Source: Eledone cirrhosa
Taxonomy: Eukaryota
Assembly (NCBI GenBank): GCA_964016885.1
Contig: OZ024740.1
Span: 282,596,001 to 282,660,000, forward strand
Reading direction: 5' to 3'
Length of the DNA stretch: 64,000 nt
A program made the position numbers and the translations under genes. Numbering within the stretch: position 1 is the stretch's first letter; every line of letters begins with the position of its first letter. The notes beneath the pieces were generated by a model, which saw only the letters and a program-made list of their open reading frames with translations, was not told the DNA's origin and did not search any database. Shown piece after piece: positions 1 to 14,005 of the stretch.

Positions 1-429
1 CACTATTAATTATTGATTATTATTATTACTCTTTTTCCATTTCTAATTACCTCATGTACCTCCTCCGCTATATGTATATATGTATTCTACGCCCTTTGTG
101 TTTGTGTAGCCTCTGCGCACCCTCTGCACCATACTATCCACGCCACCCCATCTATGGTTCAGCTAACCACCCGACCCCCGGGAATGAATATGACCGCAGC
201 TAGTAAACAAGGACCAACACCCCACCCTCCCGCACCAAAATTAGACTTATCGTCCCCTACTTTTGCTCTTTACCCTCTTTACTCTTTGTTCTTGGGTGTT
301 TGGTTGGTAGAGTCCATAACACCAGTCGGGCCCCTTTTGTAGCTCTGATGAATCCTACGGTTACACGTAAGGAAGAAACATTGTTAGCCAATAAAAACCT
401 TTTGATGTTGTAGACGCTCTTGTGTTCTT

Positions 430-433
<4 letters not shown>
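1..433 (+). mobile_element. 3' end fragment of a Penelope-like element with HHR
   Basis: QLTTRPPGMN resembles the PLE endonuclease C-terminal TxxPxGLN motif; followed by an HHR, AATAAA and (TA)n. Confidence 0.5.
342..389 (+). ncRNA. Minimal type I hammerhead ribozyme
   Basis: GCT-CTGATGA-stem II (TCCTACG/CGTAAGGA)-GAAAC-ATT-GTT^AGC; near-palindromic stem III. Confidence 0.6.
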
Positions 434-471
<38 letters not shown>

Positions 472-676
472 ACAATAATAAATTTGAAGACTAAAATCCA
501 AAGAGGGCTCGATAAGGATAAATATATATCAACTATATAAGAACCGTAGAGCAAATATTTATTAAAGTAACAGATTAAAGTTTAAGCAAAGAATCGCTGC
601 TTTCACCCTTAACCCAGAAGATCCCGTTAAGTGTGAGAGCATCGATTCTTTGCTTAAACTTTAATCTCTTATTTTA

Positions 677-728
<52 letters not shown>

Positions 729-829
729 TATAATATAATAATAATTATAATAAAACATCAGGACACTGACGGCTGAGCGCTTGCCGTTTCAAAAGCTACT
801 TTCAGAATATATATATATATATATATATA

Positions 830-1808
830 CTGTGCGAAATTCCTTCCTTGCTCACATTTCAACCAGGTTTGATGGTCTTTATTCTCTCTCGTTCACGATT
901 TCAGCGAATTTAAATTCATAGAAATTTGGGACTTGACTCCTTCTTCCTCATTTTTCGTTGCTTCACCATTTTTGTTTGTTTACACTCGTGTCCCCTTTAT
1001 TTACGTGTCCCAACGACTTTTTTTAGCCGTTGCTCGCACCAACCGGAGGTATATGGTCTTTAAAGCGATGAAATACCAATGATGGTTGGAAGATCACTGA
1101 TGAAGGACTAACTTTATTCATATGTAACCCATTAGCAACCCCGCAGCACGTTTATTTCATATTTACACATATTTTTTCCCCTGCTGTTACCCGTCTATTT
1201 CGTTCTTACTGCTTCCTCTTTCTCCGTATCTTTACCCTCTCTAGCAGTCACTCTCTCTGTTAGCCTCTTCCTCACCCTTCACTCACTCATTCTCCGTTAC
1301 TACCTCTCCTCCTCCTTCTTCCCGTTTGACCTGTGCGTAATTCTTTTCTTTCGCACGCTTGGCCAGGCCGGTCGGCATTTTTTCTCTCTCTCGTCTACGA
1401 TTTCACAGAACTTATGTTTACCGAATTCACAGACTACACCCCTTCTTCCTCCCGTTAGACCTGTGCGAAATTCCTTCCTTTCTCACATTTCAACCAGGTT
1501 TGATGGTCTTTATTCTCTCTCGTTCACGATTTCACCGAATTTAAATTCATAAAAATTTGGGACTTGACTCCTTCTTCCTCACTTTTCGTTGCTTCACCAT
1601 CTTTGTTTGTTTACACTCGTGTCCCCTTTATTTACGTGTCCCAACGACTTTTTTTAGCCGTTGCTCGCACCAACCGGAGGTATATGGTCTTTAAAGCGAT
1701 GAAATACCGATGATGGTTGGAAGATCACTGATGAAGGACTAACTTTATTCATATGTAACCCATTAGCAACCCCGCAGCACGTTTATTTCATATTTACACA
1801 TATTTTTA
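830..1808 (+). repeat. Partial tandem (about 1.55 x 631 bp) non-coding interspersed element
   Basis: Near-identical repeat starts at 831 and 1462; a diverged copy lies on the minus strand at about 39070-39360; flanked by (TA)n. Confidence 0.8.
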
Positions 1809-1883
1809 TATATACCCTCACAGACGCACAACACACACACGCGCTTGCCAGCACACACACACTCACACACGTATATATATTAT

Positions 1884-2760
1884 AACTGTTTCTACTTTTG
1901 GCACAAGGGCAGCAATCATCCCAGTGCATTACTGGTACTTTATTTTATCGACCCCATAAGGATGAAAGGCAAAGTTAACCTCGGCGGGATTTGAACTCAG
2001 AATGGCAAGGGACGTATATATACTATAACATCATATAGACAAGGAAAATTAACCAGAAAAAAAAAATATTTAGTAGTCTCCAAAAATTGATTTAATGGGA
2101 AATAATTCTATAATTGGAATTAAGAGTTCTTTCCCTTTACAATTCTTTATAGTTTTGTAATTAATTTATGCTAAAAATAAAAAACAACTAACACTTTAAG
2201 AAATATTTTTTATATATAATTCTTAATGCTTATTTATATATTCGTTTATTTTTCATATTGTTAGTCTATATTTAAGGAACACCATTCGTGAAAGAAAAAT
2301 AGCTGATAATTTTCGAATTAAATAATTGTTTCTACTTTAGGTACAAGGCCAGCAATTTGAAGGTGAGAGAGTGGGGAGAAAGTCGATTAAATCGACACCA
2401 GTGCATTGCTGGTGCTTTATTTTATCGACCCCGTAAAGATGAAGGTCAAAGATAACCTTGACGGGATATGAACTCAGAACGTTGTTCAAAGCATGGTGTG
2501 CGACAATCTACCGATACTAACAATCCACCACCCTTTGTCGCATTAAATAATGATTTCTAGTATAGAAACAAGGGTGGGGAGAGGAAAGTCGATTAAATCG
2601 AACCCAGTACGTTACTGGTGCTTTATTTCATCGACCCCACAAGGATGAAAGGCAAAGTTAACCTCGGCGGGATTTGAACTCAGATCGTAAAGAAACGTAA
2701 CTCTATGCTGCAAAGCATGGTGTCCGCCTCTCTACCGATACTGCCAATCCACAACCCCTC
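1884..2760 (-). mobile_element. Cluster of three tRNA-derived SINE copies with a Nin/Deu-like domain (about 1884-2015, 2325-2535, 2551-2760)
   Basis: Minus strand reads GAGTTCAAATCCCGCC (B box) then GCCTTTCATCC...GGGGTCGATAAAATAAAGTACCAG. Confidence 0.75.
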
Positions 2761-2974
2761 GTTGCATTAAATAATAGGAACTTTTAAATAAATGACTATA
2801 TTGGAGTTATGTTTTAATAGAAAAATAACATATCACATATTTCGGAGCTATACTTGTCTGGCAATTGTGTTGAAACTAAAGGGGTTAGGATCTTCCACGA
2901 TGTAATATCCCATAACGTTCTCAAAACAAAAACTTATATATTATATATACATATATATATACCTATATACACGC

Positions 2975-3094
<120 letters not shown>

Positions 3095-3379
3095 AGTAAG
3101 AATATTTTCGAAACAGTGACTGGGTTTGAAATTATTATAAATGTAAGTTATCGCCGTATTTTGACTAAAGAAATTAAAGAAATTATTTAGCCTGATAGTG
3201 GGGTTAAGACCCCTCGGAGAAAAATGGAAAAAGATGAGTATTGACGTATATGTACGTCAATACTCATCTTTTTCCATTTTTCCATTTTTCTCCGAGGGTT
3301 CTTAACCCCACTATCAGGCTAAATAATTTCTTTAAATTCTTTAGTCAAAATACGGCGACAACTTACATTTCTAATAATA

Positions 3380-3415
<36 letters not shown>

Positions 3416-3753
3416 TGTATGTATGTATGTATGTATGTATGTATGTATGTATGTATGTATGTTCTTCTGGTTTTATAATTTCACAAATAGAGAGAGAGAG
3501 CGTCAGTTTCTAACATAGACACAAGACTCTCTCATTGGAATTTACACAACATCAACTAGTTAGATATGTCTGCATGTCTGCATGCATGCATGTGTAGATA
3601 TGGATGTTATTGTATGCGTGGATGTGTATGTTTTGAGTTGTATGTGTGCATGTGTATATGCTTTGTATCTGTACATGTGTATATGCAGTTATTAGAGGCA
3701 AAATATTTGGAATGTTTACATATTTTTACTGTTCCATGAATGTATGTATGTAT

Positions 3754-4197
3754 GACTTAAGAGTCAATGGCTATCCAAAATCACCGGGAGAGATGACCCC
3801 TTAGCCTTTGTCAAGGCAGAATTCTAGGAGAAGGAAAACTCTGATATAACACCTTCAACCCTGATGGTATCCAATGATGTTGACTTGTTCTTCTTTTTGG
3901 TAAATATCATCTTGGTTAAGAGAGTGGGACTTGCTTTGTGCAGTGCCTTTGCTCACTATAAAAGCTTCACGGCACAGGCACTGCTTTATATCTGGAGATC
4001 TCTCTGCACTTGTCGTCACATGGTATCATGGGCCCAGCACTATGTGTCAGTAATTGTCACAAGTGTAGTGTTTGTACCAGAGTTTTCAAGTCGCTGGCTG
4101 GACTAAAATGTCACACTCGTTCAGCGCATCGGTAGGGGTTCTCCTACACGGATATAAAGTAGTGGCCGTACTCGAAAACGAGTTGGCAACCACCATC
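3754..4197 (+). mobile_element. About 600-bp non-autonomous retroelement (SINE-like), truncated copy
   Basis: Near-identical to 9700-10309 and 15151-15763; ends GGCARCCACCAT followed by microsatellite. Orientation is inferred. Confidence 0.75.
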
Positions 4198-4212
4198 TAT
4201 GTATGTAATATT

Positions 4213-4434
4213 GAAAGTGCGTGGCTGAGTGGTTACAGAATCGGATTTGCACTCATGAGCCTGTGAGTTCGATTCCTGGACCAGGCGATGCGTTATGTCC
4301 TTGAGCAAGACACTTTATTTCACGTTGCTCCTTCTACCTGGAGTTGCGACCGATAGATAGTATTTGCAAATGGAAAGACCAAGGGGAAACATTGTTTCCT
4401 CGGTCCGATCTGACGAAAGTCGATCGACTATCGA
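4213..4434 (+). mobile_element. tRNA-derived SINE with CORE-like domain
   Basis: TGGCTGAGTGG A box, GTTCGATTCC B box, GTCCTTGAGCAAGACACTT; further copies at 4787-5001(-) and 54558-54772(+). Confidence 0.78.
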
Positions 4435-4625
4435 TGTATGTAATCATGTATGAATGTCTACATATATGTATGTATGAGTGTAAATATATATACAACGACA
4501 GTCACTACTTCATGACATTAACATCAATATTAATATCTTTAAGGATTATTCTAAATACAAGAAACAAATAATGGATTTGAGAGAAAAGCCTGTACAGCCA
4601 CTAAAATTTAGTTCATTCTTTAAAG

Positions 4626-5208
4626 CAGAGGTTTTCAAAGTGGGTGTTACCACCCGCCTAGGCTCGTTGTGAAGGTCCAAGGGAGTGCTGAGGATCAGTA
4701 TTGATGATATAATAGTATATTAAATATAAAATGATTCATATTATATATAATTATATTAAAATAAAAAAATATTTAATTATATATAGTATCGACAATCGAT
4801 TGACTTTCGTCAAATCGGAGCGAGGAAACAATGTTTCCGTTGGTCTTTCCAATTACTATCTATCGGTCGCAACTCCAGTTAAGAGGTGCAATGTTAAATA
4901 AATTTCTTGCCCAAGGACATAACACATCACCCGGTCCAGGAATGGAACTCATAACCTCACAATTACGAATCCAATTCTCTAACCACTCAGCCACACGCCT
5001 TTACAAATATATGTAGTATATATTATATTATTTTATTATATTTTATTATATATTATATTATTTATTATATATAAATTAACGATTTTATTTATTATATATT
5101 ATTTACAATTTGCGTGTAGGCAGGTGCCTCTGGAAATAGGGGTGGGGGCGCTGAGGGTATTATGTGGCCATGAAGGGATCCGTGGTCCCAAAAGTTTGAG
5201 AACCTCTG
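4626..5208. mobile_element. hAT-superfamily (Charlie-like) MITE
   Basis: TIRs CAGAGGTTTTCAAA / TTTGAGAACCTCTG; perfect 8-bp TSD CTTTAAAG at 4618-4625 and 5209-5216. Confidence 0.85.
4787..5001 (-). mobile_element. CORE-like SINE nested inside the hAT MITE
   Basis: Reverse-complement copy of the 4213-4434 family. Confidence 0.75.
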
Positions 5209-5714
5209 CTTTAAAGAGACATGACGTTAGTGAATTTCATTAAGCAAATTGAATATTTAGCATCTTCAGGTTTTCTTTAAATATCACAATAATTCTATTT
5301 TAATTACAAAGATCGTAGAGAATTATTAAAGAATATAAAAGGATCAGAATAATAATATATAAAAATATGTTTTTAATTTCACAAAAATTGAATGAAAAAG
5401 AAATGTATATTCAAAATAAAATAAGATGGATTGATAATTTGTAATAATTTCTCTTTATCAAAAAGCGTATGTCATTTATTTTTAAATTTTTCTTTTTTGG
5501 AAAGTCCTCGCAAAGCATTGAATTATCAACATTATTTCTTTCAACACAAGGTTAGTGCGGTAGCCCGGACACAGAATCTATTTTATTACATTAGGGTGAA
5601 TTTTATGACGTGAAACAAAAGAAATAGAAAAGAAAAAAACATGTTAGTACTGAAGTGTTCTTGGCATATCAGAGTAATATTTGATTTCAAATAAGTTCTG
5701 ATACGAACTAAAAG

Positions 5715-6253
5715 TTAGCAGTGTTTCTTAGAAATTAATTCAGTTAACGACGAAGAAAACGTTTTGTAAGAGGGAATTCTTAATGTTGGTAAAGCAACAA
5801 ATGAGGCAAACATATTTCTATCAAAATTATCTCCGATTATCACAATAATTAATTGGATCTTTTCTTTAAAAAGTCTTTTAATTTCTTGTCGTGACCGTTT
5901 ATCCGTAAGGTGAATTGCTTGGTCAATAAATATCATCACAATTTTGTTAGCGTAGACATGACTGTTTAGTGTAAATTTATCTAAACTTATTCGTTTGAGT
6001 AGTGAACTGAAGCTTTCGCTTTCAAATTTGTTAAGTTTGTCCATGAATTCTTCATTGTCTTTTATTGATCCCACGGAAATATCCAAATTTGGAGAACAAT
6101 CATCTAATATGATTCCGAACCGTACATTGAGATCAGTATTAAATTTTGTATTAACATCTTTTATCCCTTCCAGTATTATTTTAGTTTTATTATGCCCGAA
6201 ATGTTTGTTACTGACCGCGAACAAGATGCCTGTTGAAGAAGTATTACTGCAGC
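5715..6253 (-). CDS. VWA gene A, terminal exon 7 (degenerate VWA-like domain lacking MIDAS)
   Basis: TTTCCAG acceptor, phase 1, TAA stop; VWA-like strands (ILFAVS, VRFGII, IVMIFID, LIIVIIG); clearly homologous to 52570-53138. Confidence 0.82.
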
Positions 6254-6549
6254 CTGGAAAGACAAAAGAACACAATGATATCATAACTAGTATTAAATAC
6301 ATTAATAAATTGATAAAATAGGAGGAAAGCGTGCTAAGAGAAGAAAGTCAATCCACAAATTGACCATAGTCGCACTAGAATCGTATTGGATAATATATTT
6401 GTGAAATAAGGTATTACTGAAATTTACAGAAAGGACACACTAACAAATTATGAAAAAAAAAAAAAAAAAAAACATAAATGTATTTAAAGCAAAAATAGTT
6501 ATTGAAGAAGATGCCATTCTTTTCAATACGCAGTAATTAATCAAAAAAA

Positions 6550-6583
<34 letters not shown>

Positions 6584-6597
6584 TATATGTATAATAG

Positions 6598-6640
6598 TAC
6601 CACTGATGATGTCGCATATGTGTGACGAAAGTACTTTGAT
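6598..6640 (+). ncRNA. Isolated minimal HHR-like motif between TA repeats
   Basis: CTGATGA-T-GTCGCA/TGTGAC-GAAAGTACTT with palindromic stem III; stem I is only about 2 bp. Confidence 0.5.
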
Positions 6641-6837
6641 AGACTATATATATATATTTATATCTGTATATTTAACCGTTGGTCAATCAATGATAAACAT
6701 TGATTGCCAAATAAATTAACTATGGAGATATAAAAAAAATACAGAACCGTAAACCAACCAAACAGTGAGTGTGTTCTGTTATTATTTCTGGCAATATTAT
6801 AACAATATGACCCACGATTTCATATAAAAAAACCTTG

Positions 6838-6892
<55 letters not shown>

Positions 6893-6893
<1 letters not shown>

Positions 6894-7473
6894 GATGGCT
6901 GCCCCCTCGTTATCGAGTATGGCCATTGCACGATACACCATTATTAATAATCATTAATTAATGCTATCATGCAATGCCTGTGCGTGAAGTTTTTTTTAAA
7001 GGGAGAAAGACTGTGCACTGAGCCAATCCCACTCTCTGAGCGACAGTAGCTATAACCCGAAAAGAAGAAAAGGTCAACATCATCGGTAACTACTGAGTTG
7101 CATGTTTTATGTCGGAGTTATCCCAGTTTACTGAGTTGCCTTCTCCTAGAAGAATGCCCTGACAAATGCTAGAGGTTCTCCACTCCCAGTGGTTTAACCG
7201 CGAGATTGGGTATCCAGTCCGATTATTACTATGTGCCCGCGCAAACATATGTAGATGTGTATATATACATATTTACAGATTTTTGGATGGCCGTTGACTC
7301 TTATGAGTTCTTCCGCCCTTTGTCAGGTTTTGATTTTTGTCCTGCAGGGTTTCCAAAATCACCGTCCTCACCAAGTAAACATGGTGGGGTTGCTGGTTTA
7401 GTCACCGACGACCCGACCATGTGACAGGTTGTACTGGGTTACATGTTACCAGTAGCACTCAAGAGTGACCCGA
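6893..7473 (-). mobile_element. Diverged relative of the about 600-bp SINE-like family
   Basis: Shares ATGGCTGCC, GCAATGCCTGTG, CCTTCTCCTAGA and GACAGGTTGTACTGGG blocks; 5'-part relics also at about 24730-24925 and 45318-45440. Confidence 0.65.
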
Positions 7474-7498
7474 TATACATATACATACATACATGCAT

Positions 7499-7530
<32 letters not shown>

Positions 7531-8045
7531 TTATACACATACACACACACACACACATACACATACACACACACACACATATATATATATTTATATATAT
7601 ACACTCATACAAATAACATGCCATTTTATTAATGTCTCTGGCTGCATAGTAAATATTGATTTCTAAATACGAAACTTATTTCTCGAGGGAAAATATTCTA
7701 GTCGATCGTATCCGTTTAGTATATAACTGCTATTTTCTCATCGATTATAGAGTGATGCAAGACGAAAGGAAATACTGTGATCCATTTAATTCTGAATATT
7801 CATTAGAATCCCTGTTAAAAAGATTGACAATATCCAGAAATAAAAATTTGAAATATTTTAGTAGGCCGTTGGGGTGCAATTGCAAGTCCTCATTTCTACA
7901 AAAGAAATTGTGATGAAAAATATGGTTTTGTCGGAAAGTTCTTAAATTTTCAAAAGATATTGTATACTTTTCGCGTTTATTTTAATTACACGAAACATAA
8001 TAAAATATATACAATACAATAAATGAATAAAGATGTCATAATTAT

Positions 8046-8228
8046 CGTTTCTACTTTTGGCACAAGGCCAACAATTATCCCAGTGCATTACGGGTACTTT
8101 ATTTTATCGACCCGTAAGGAGGAAAAGCAAAGTTAACCTTGGTGGGATTTGTACTCAGACCGTAAAGGGACGTAATTCTATGCTGGAAAGCATGGCGTCC
8201 GACATTGTACTGATACTGCCAATCAACG
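8046..8228 (-). mobile_element. Nin/Deu-like SINE copy
   Basis: Same family as 1884-2760. Confidence 0.72.
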
Positions 8229-8855
8229 GCCCAAAAATGTCATAATAATGATTGGCGTGTATAAAAAAGATCCTTGACCTTATATTGTATATTGTATATA
8301 CCTGTCATCCTATAGAGCACATTTCTTGTTTTATATAAAGATGACATAAAAATAATGACATATTCGTATTCTACCTTATTATTATTTTTAATTACATTTT
8401 AAAAAAAATGTAGTAAATTTGAACTTTCAAAATATTTTTTTCATATTATCAATATCATCTATCATAGCTTTCTTTCACTTTTTTTTTTCTACCACTGTCA
8501 ATATATTTATCTATGTATTTTATAGATTGTTAATGTTGCTGCCTTCATAGAATAGACTTCATCAAGTCTGTAAAGTAGTTGTACTGGTGTCGCAAATAAT
8601 GCACCCAGTATCCACTCTAAAATTAATCATTTTTATTGGAAAATTAATCATTTTTGTCGGAAAATTATGAACACCTGCACGTCCAAACATGATAAGCAAT
8701 ACGCTTATGTTAGTAGGCTTTCAGATTTCCTATATATGACCTTCATCAAGACTATTTTATGGATAATAAATATCCCTGCATCAAAACTAATTATCCAAAA
8801 GAAATATAATTTCATATCTACAATGCTCAGTTAGCAGGTACAAATATAAACTTAC

Positions 8856-9458
8856 CTAGTATAATAGAATATGTTTTTTTAAAAACATTGTTGCAAGTCT
8901 TGTAATTGAGAAGTCCATATTTAAGAAGATATTTATCAAAACTTTCTAAGTTATGAGCAAATTGTTTGTGTGGCTCACTTGCAATGTCTTGTACATTTTC
9001 CATTTTAATATCAGAACGGACACCAACAACGAATACTTTTACTCCGGAATCTTTTAAAGAATTTGCTTCTCCCCTCGTTATTTCATCATTGCTCGAATTA
9101 CCATCAGTAAACATAACAAGTATACGGTCCGCTTTATATCTTGTTCTCTCTTCCATTTGGCACCAAAAATCATGACGTGCATTCTTCAAGGCATTACCTG
9201 TTCTTGTACCTCCACCTGTATGTTGAATGTTAGGTATCCATCTAATAAGTTCTTCTTTGTCATTACTGTCACCAAACTTTATAACAGGTATATATTTGTG
9301 ATTAAAAACAGATACAGCTACACGTGTCATTGTTGCGTTGATATCAAAACTACGAACACTATTTTCAACGACGTTTAACAGCTTTCTAAATTTGGGATAT
9401 GGGATGCTCGAAGATGTATCCAATAGAAACAAAATATCGGCAACATTATTTTTACACA
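8856..9458 (-). CDS. VWA gene A, exon 6 (VWA domain 2)
   Basis: CKNNVADILFLLDTSSSI...TRVAVSVF...GGGTRTGNAL...VMFTDG...IASEP; TTTGCAG acceptor and GTAAG donor; 603 nt, phase 1-1. Confidence 0.93.
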
Positions 9459-9635
9459 CTGCAAATTAATAATGAAAAAAATTATGTAATTGTCATTAAG
9501 CCACACAAAAAAAACAAACAAAAAAAAAACATTATGATACGAATACAAAGGTTATGAAGGACGTGAAGAATTAAAGAATTATTTGGAACATTTGATAATG
9601 CAGACAGGTTCGGTTTCTCAGTGTATTTAGGACAT

Positions 9636-9673
<38 letters not shown>

Positions 9674-9699
9674 CATACATACATACATACATACATACA

Positions 9700-10309
9700 T
9701 GGTGGCTGCCAACTCGTTTTCGAGTACGGCCACTACTTTATATCCATGTAGGAGAATCCCTACCGATGCGCTGAACGAATGTGACTTTTTAGTCCAGCCA
9801 GCGACTTGAAAACTCTGGTACAAAGACTACACTTGTGACCATTATTGACACATAGTGCAGGGCCCATGGTACCATGTGATGACAAGTGCAGAGAGATCTC
9901 CAGATATAAAGCAATGCCTGTGCTGTGAAGCTTTTATAGTGAGCAAAGGCACTGCACAAAGCCAGTCCCACTCTCTTAACCAAGATGATATTTACCAAAA
10001 AGAAGAACAAGTCAACATCATTGGATACCATCAGGGTTGCAGGTGTTATATCAGAGTTTTCCTTCTCCTAGAATTCTGCCTTGACAAAGGCTAAGGGGTC
10101 ATCTCTCCCGGTGATTTTGGATGGCTATTGAGTCTTAAGAGCTCCCTTGCCCTTTGACAGGTTTTGTTTTTAGTCCTGCAGGATGTCCAAAGTCACCCTC
10201 CTCACCAAGAAACCTTGGTGGGGTTGCCAGTTTAGTCGCCAACGACCCGACCATGAGACAGGTTGTACTGGGATACATGTTACCAGTAGCACCAACTGGT
10301 GACCTGACA
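9700..10309 (-). mobile_element. About 600-bp SINE-like element
   Basis: Embedded in (TACA)n; near-identical to 15151-15763. Confidence 0.8.
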
Positions 10310-12947
10310 TAGCATACATACATACATACATACATACATACATACATACATACATACTCCACCCTAACTATACCTTCAGATTTATAACTGTAATTATTGG
10401 GGCACTGTGATATGTTAGTAACTGCCTCAGTACAAATCTTGAGAAGCTGGGCTTCACAGAAACAGAACGAACACGACTAGTTAGTAAATTACAAGTACAA
10501 TCCATTAATGGAACAGTAAAAATATGTAAAACATTCCAAAAATTCTGCATCTAATAACTGCATGTACATTTGTACAGATACAGAGTATATGCACATGCAC
10601 ACATATAACTCAAAACATCCATATCCGCACATACAATAACATCCATACCTGCTCGCACATGCATGGATAAAGACATGCATACATATCTACCTAGTTGCTG
10701 TTGTGTAAATTCCATTGAGAGAGTCTTGTGTCTATGTTAGAAACCGACTCTCACTATTGGTAAACATTTATAAAATTATAAAACCAGAACATACATACAT
10801 ACATACATACATACATACATACATACATACATACATACATACATACATACATACATACATACATACATACGAACCTCGAAGCGTAGGAGCCCATCTATCT
10901 GCATGAGATAGATAAGATCATGAGAGTTGAGAAGGAATTTCTTGAAAGATATTCTCTGCATGATAATCAAAAACTCACACCCAGTGAAGTTGCCCAGCAG
11001 AACCTACTCTCTCTCTATTGGCAAACATTTGTGGAATTATAAAACCATAAGAACATACATACATAGAAAATCTGGATAACTCTATAATTGAAGATAAGCT
11101 TAGTCTTAACTTCAGGAAATCCTCAAACCTAGCGTTTGCTTTTTCCTATTAATTGAAACAGAAATACCAAACATATCACTTTCGGTCAAAAAATTTGAAA
11201 TATCTGTACAGGTTCGACAACTTTTCCGCATATTCAAAAGCAAAGATTACTGAGTTTTACTCAGATAGAAAACTTGCATTAAACCACATTCATTAAGGTA
11301 AAAATATGTAATGGAGCAGATCAGCGATCATTTTAGCAAGTGTGCTGTGCACACACACACACACATTCACAACCACACACACGAACAGATAAGTTCTTCG
11401 CTTCACAGTTAAGAGGTTCTGGTGTCAGTGTCGATTCCACTGCCTGGCATCTAGTGTAATTTGTTCTTTTAATCCATCGTTGTGAGAGAAATTAAGTAGA
11501 CAGAAACTAAGTGCTAGCCCGTCCGATGAACTGCACCGATAGATCAAGAAATCCACCCTGATTCTACTTGAATTATGTAAAAGATACATGTTTCTATTGA
11601 ATACTCAATCACCTCCAGCAGAGTCAACTCTGTTGTATTATTCGGACCATGTCTCCGATTGGCCGATTTAACTGTACCTTCCTACTTAACAGTAACAATT
11701 TTACATACACGCTAATTCATTGAGTAGGTAGGTTCAGTCGTGTTTGTGTGCGCCAGTGTTTGTAACTTGGAAATAGCATTTTCTCTTAAATATGTTACAT
11801 TAAAGCACATCTGTGCTCGACTTTTTATCTATCTTGCTAAGGATGATTTTCATTTCCTTGTTTCGTCAGGAACAATAACATCCTTACATCAATCGTTTTA
11901 TTAACGTTTCGAGACAGCCACGGTCATATCTTAAGAATAATATTGATAGTAATAATGGTGGGCTGGTCGCAATGGATTGAGGGAATACCAGTAAAATGTT
12001 CAACACCGGATTAAAAGAATATATGCAATGTTTAAGGTTTGGTAATTTTGATAGATAATTTCACGTTAACTGTATCTCTATGTTGAATTTTGGTTTGTAT
12101 TTGCTAGTAAAATCCTTCATATTTACTCTCCTCGTTTTATGTGAGATTCTATATAGAATTGTAGTACAATTTATTAATGTTTTCATTCTAAAGTTATTAT
12201 ATGTTCTGTATATTGCAATGGTCCCTTGTATATGTATGGCGCCAATAATTTGATATAACAGAATTAGCAACCAGTATTAATATACAAACCAGATATATTA
12301 TATACTACAACAACCAGATACATCCTAGTCCGGAATGGATAAATATACCAATAAAAAACTTATAAACCCAAAAGAACGCCTCTAACCATAAATAATAGAA
12401 TAATTGTTAGAATCTTGTATAAAAACACCAAAACGAAAAGCTTTATCATCACGAAACTACAAAATAGCACAGCACAAAATGTACTACAGACAACTAATGA
12501 AATACAATAATTCCAATGTAACTATGAACATTGTTACATCGAATATACAAGTATATACAATTTCACGCCGATTGATCAGGAATTTACAAGAAGACATGTT
12601 ATTTTTTCCTCTAGATTATATACTACAAACGCTACTGTATAATATACAATACAAAAAATATACAATATAGAAATTGGTAAAACGTAAAAGAATTCGAAAC
12701 AGTTAAAGTAGAATTACATGACTATTGACGAAAAACGAATTAAACATAAAATTACTATAAAATCTTACTGTAAAATAGTAAATTCAGCATAAATATAGAA
12801 CTAGTAGGAAAATAAGAATACGAAGCGTTGATAATATTTTGGGGAAAAACAGAAATGATAAAGAAATATATTGAGCTCGAAGAAACTTTGAAGGAGAATA
12901 ATATGATCTTATAAATGATTAAAGCGTAAGTAAAGTATGGTAGGTAC

Positions 12948-13187
12948 CACTTTCATCAGCCTGTGCAATATTAGCTGCTGATAATGGTGGCGCCAGAGTG
13001 ACTCTTCCGACTGCAGTTTTAGTTGTGGTTGAAATTTCTTCATTCGTAGAAGATTGTATAAGATTTGGTGTTGAGGCAACAATTGTGTGTTGTTTTGATG
13101 CAGTTGATGCCTTCTTCGTTGTATTATTTCCATGGCCCTGGGATAAACGCGTCATTAATATAGTAGCTTGCGAAGAAGTGATTAACT
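12948..13187 (-). CDS. VWA gene A, exon 5 (Thr/Ser-rich linker)
   Basis: TTCTTTACAG acceptor and GT donor; 240 nt symmetric phase 1; open and T/S/A-rich (ELITSSQAT...STTTKTAV...ADES). Confidence 0.75.
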
Positions 13188-14005
13188 CTGTAAAGAAAAC
13201 ATTAGTGTTTGAAATAATTCATGCTTTAACGAGGAATAACATTAAGAGCAGCAAAAATAGTTCAATGAAAAGTCATAAAGTTTTAATAAAATAATGTGTT
13301 TGTTAAATGTTGAGATAAATCTCAGAAAGAATTTTTAGTATTTGGCCATACCATTTCCATTTTAAACTTATTCGTTTTACCCAATTACTTTGCAGACTTG
13401 ATTAAGATAATATATCTGTCAAACTCAACTAAGGGACAAATTGTATATATACAGTTCAATGTGTACAAGTTAGCTAAATCATATTGACTTTTAGGCTTAT
13501 TGGTGAATTAACAGTAAACCATCGCATCTATAAATGTTTACAAAAATACTGGGATATACCATACCTATTAAGATATATTAATTTGCACATAAATCTATGT
13601 AGTTCAATTAAAGTTTTTCTTCTTCAATGTCACATGTCTTATATATAGTGTCTGAACAAAACTGTACATTACGAAAGAAAAATTCAATTTTAGAGAAGAA
13701 GGTGTAGCCGGGACTAGTGGAGAGGATGGCAAAAATGATTTTCATTCCAGAGACCTAGTTCGTGTTCATGCAGCAGAGTGGATATCGATAAAGGCAATAA
13801 CAACTTGATGGCTGGTATTTATCACTATTAGAGCTAAACTGAACTCGTTTTCTCTTTTTAAAATTAATTTTCAACTAGAAAATCTTATGATTTGTTTCGA
13901 TATATGCTGTGGTTTATGAACTAAAAGGTGAGGGCCATTGGTTCTATGACTAATTCATTATCGGTGATTTTTTTTTTTTTTTTAAATGGATGTAATTTAT
14001 CTTAC

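Noticed and set aside
3864-4266. Repeated small ORFs (MVSNDVD..., MYQSFQV...)
   Set aside because: They recur only because they lie in copies of the same SINE-like repeat.
4213-4290. tRNA gene
   Set aside because: A and B boxes belong to a SINE head; no cloverleaf.
4405-4434. CTGACGAAAG at the SINE 3' end as an HHR
   Set aside because: No room for stem II, and the other copies read TTGACGA.
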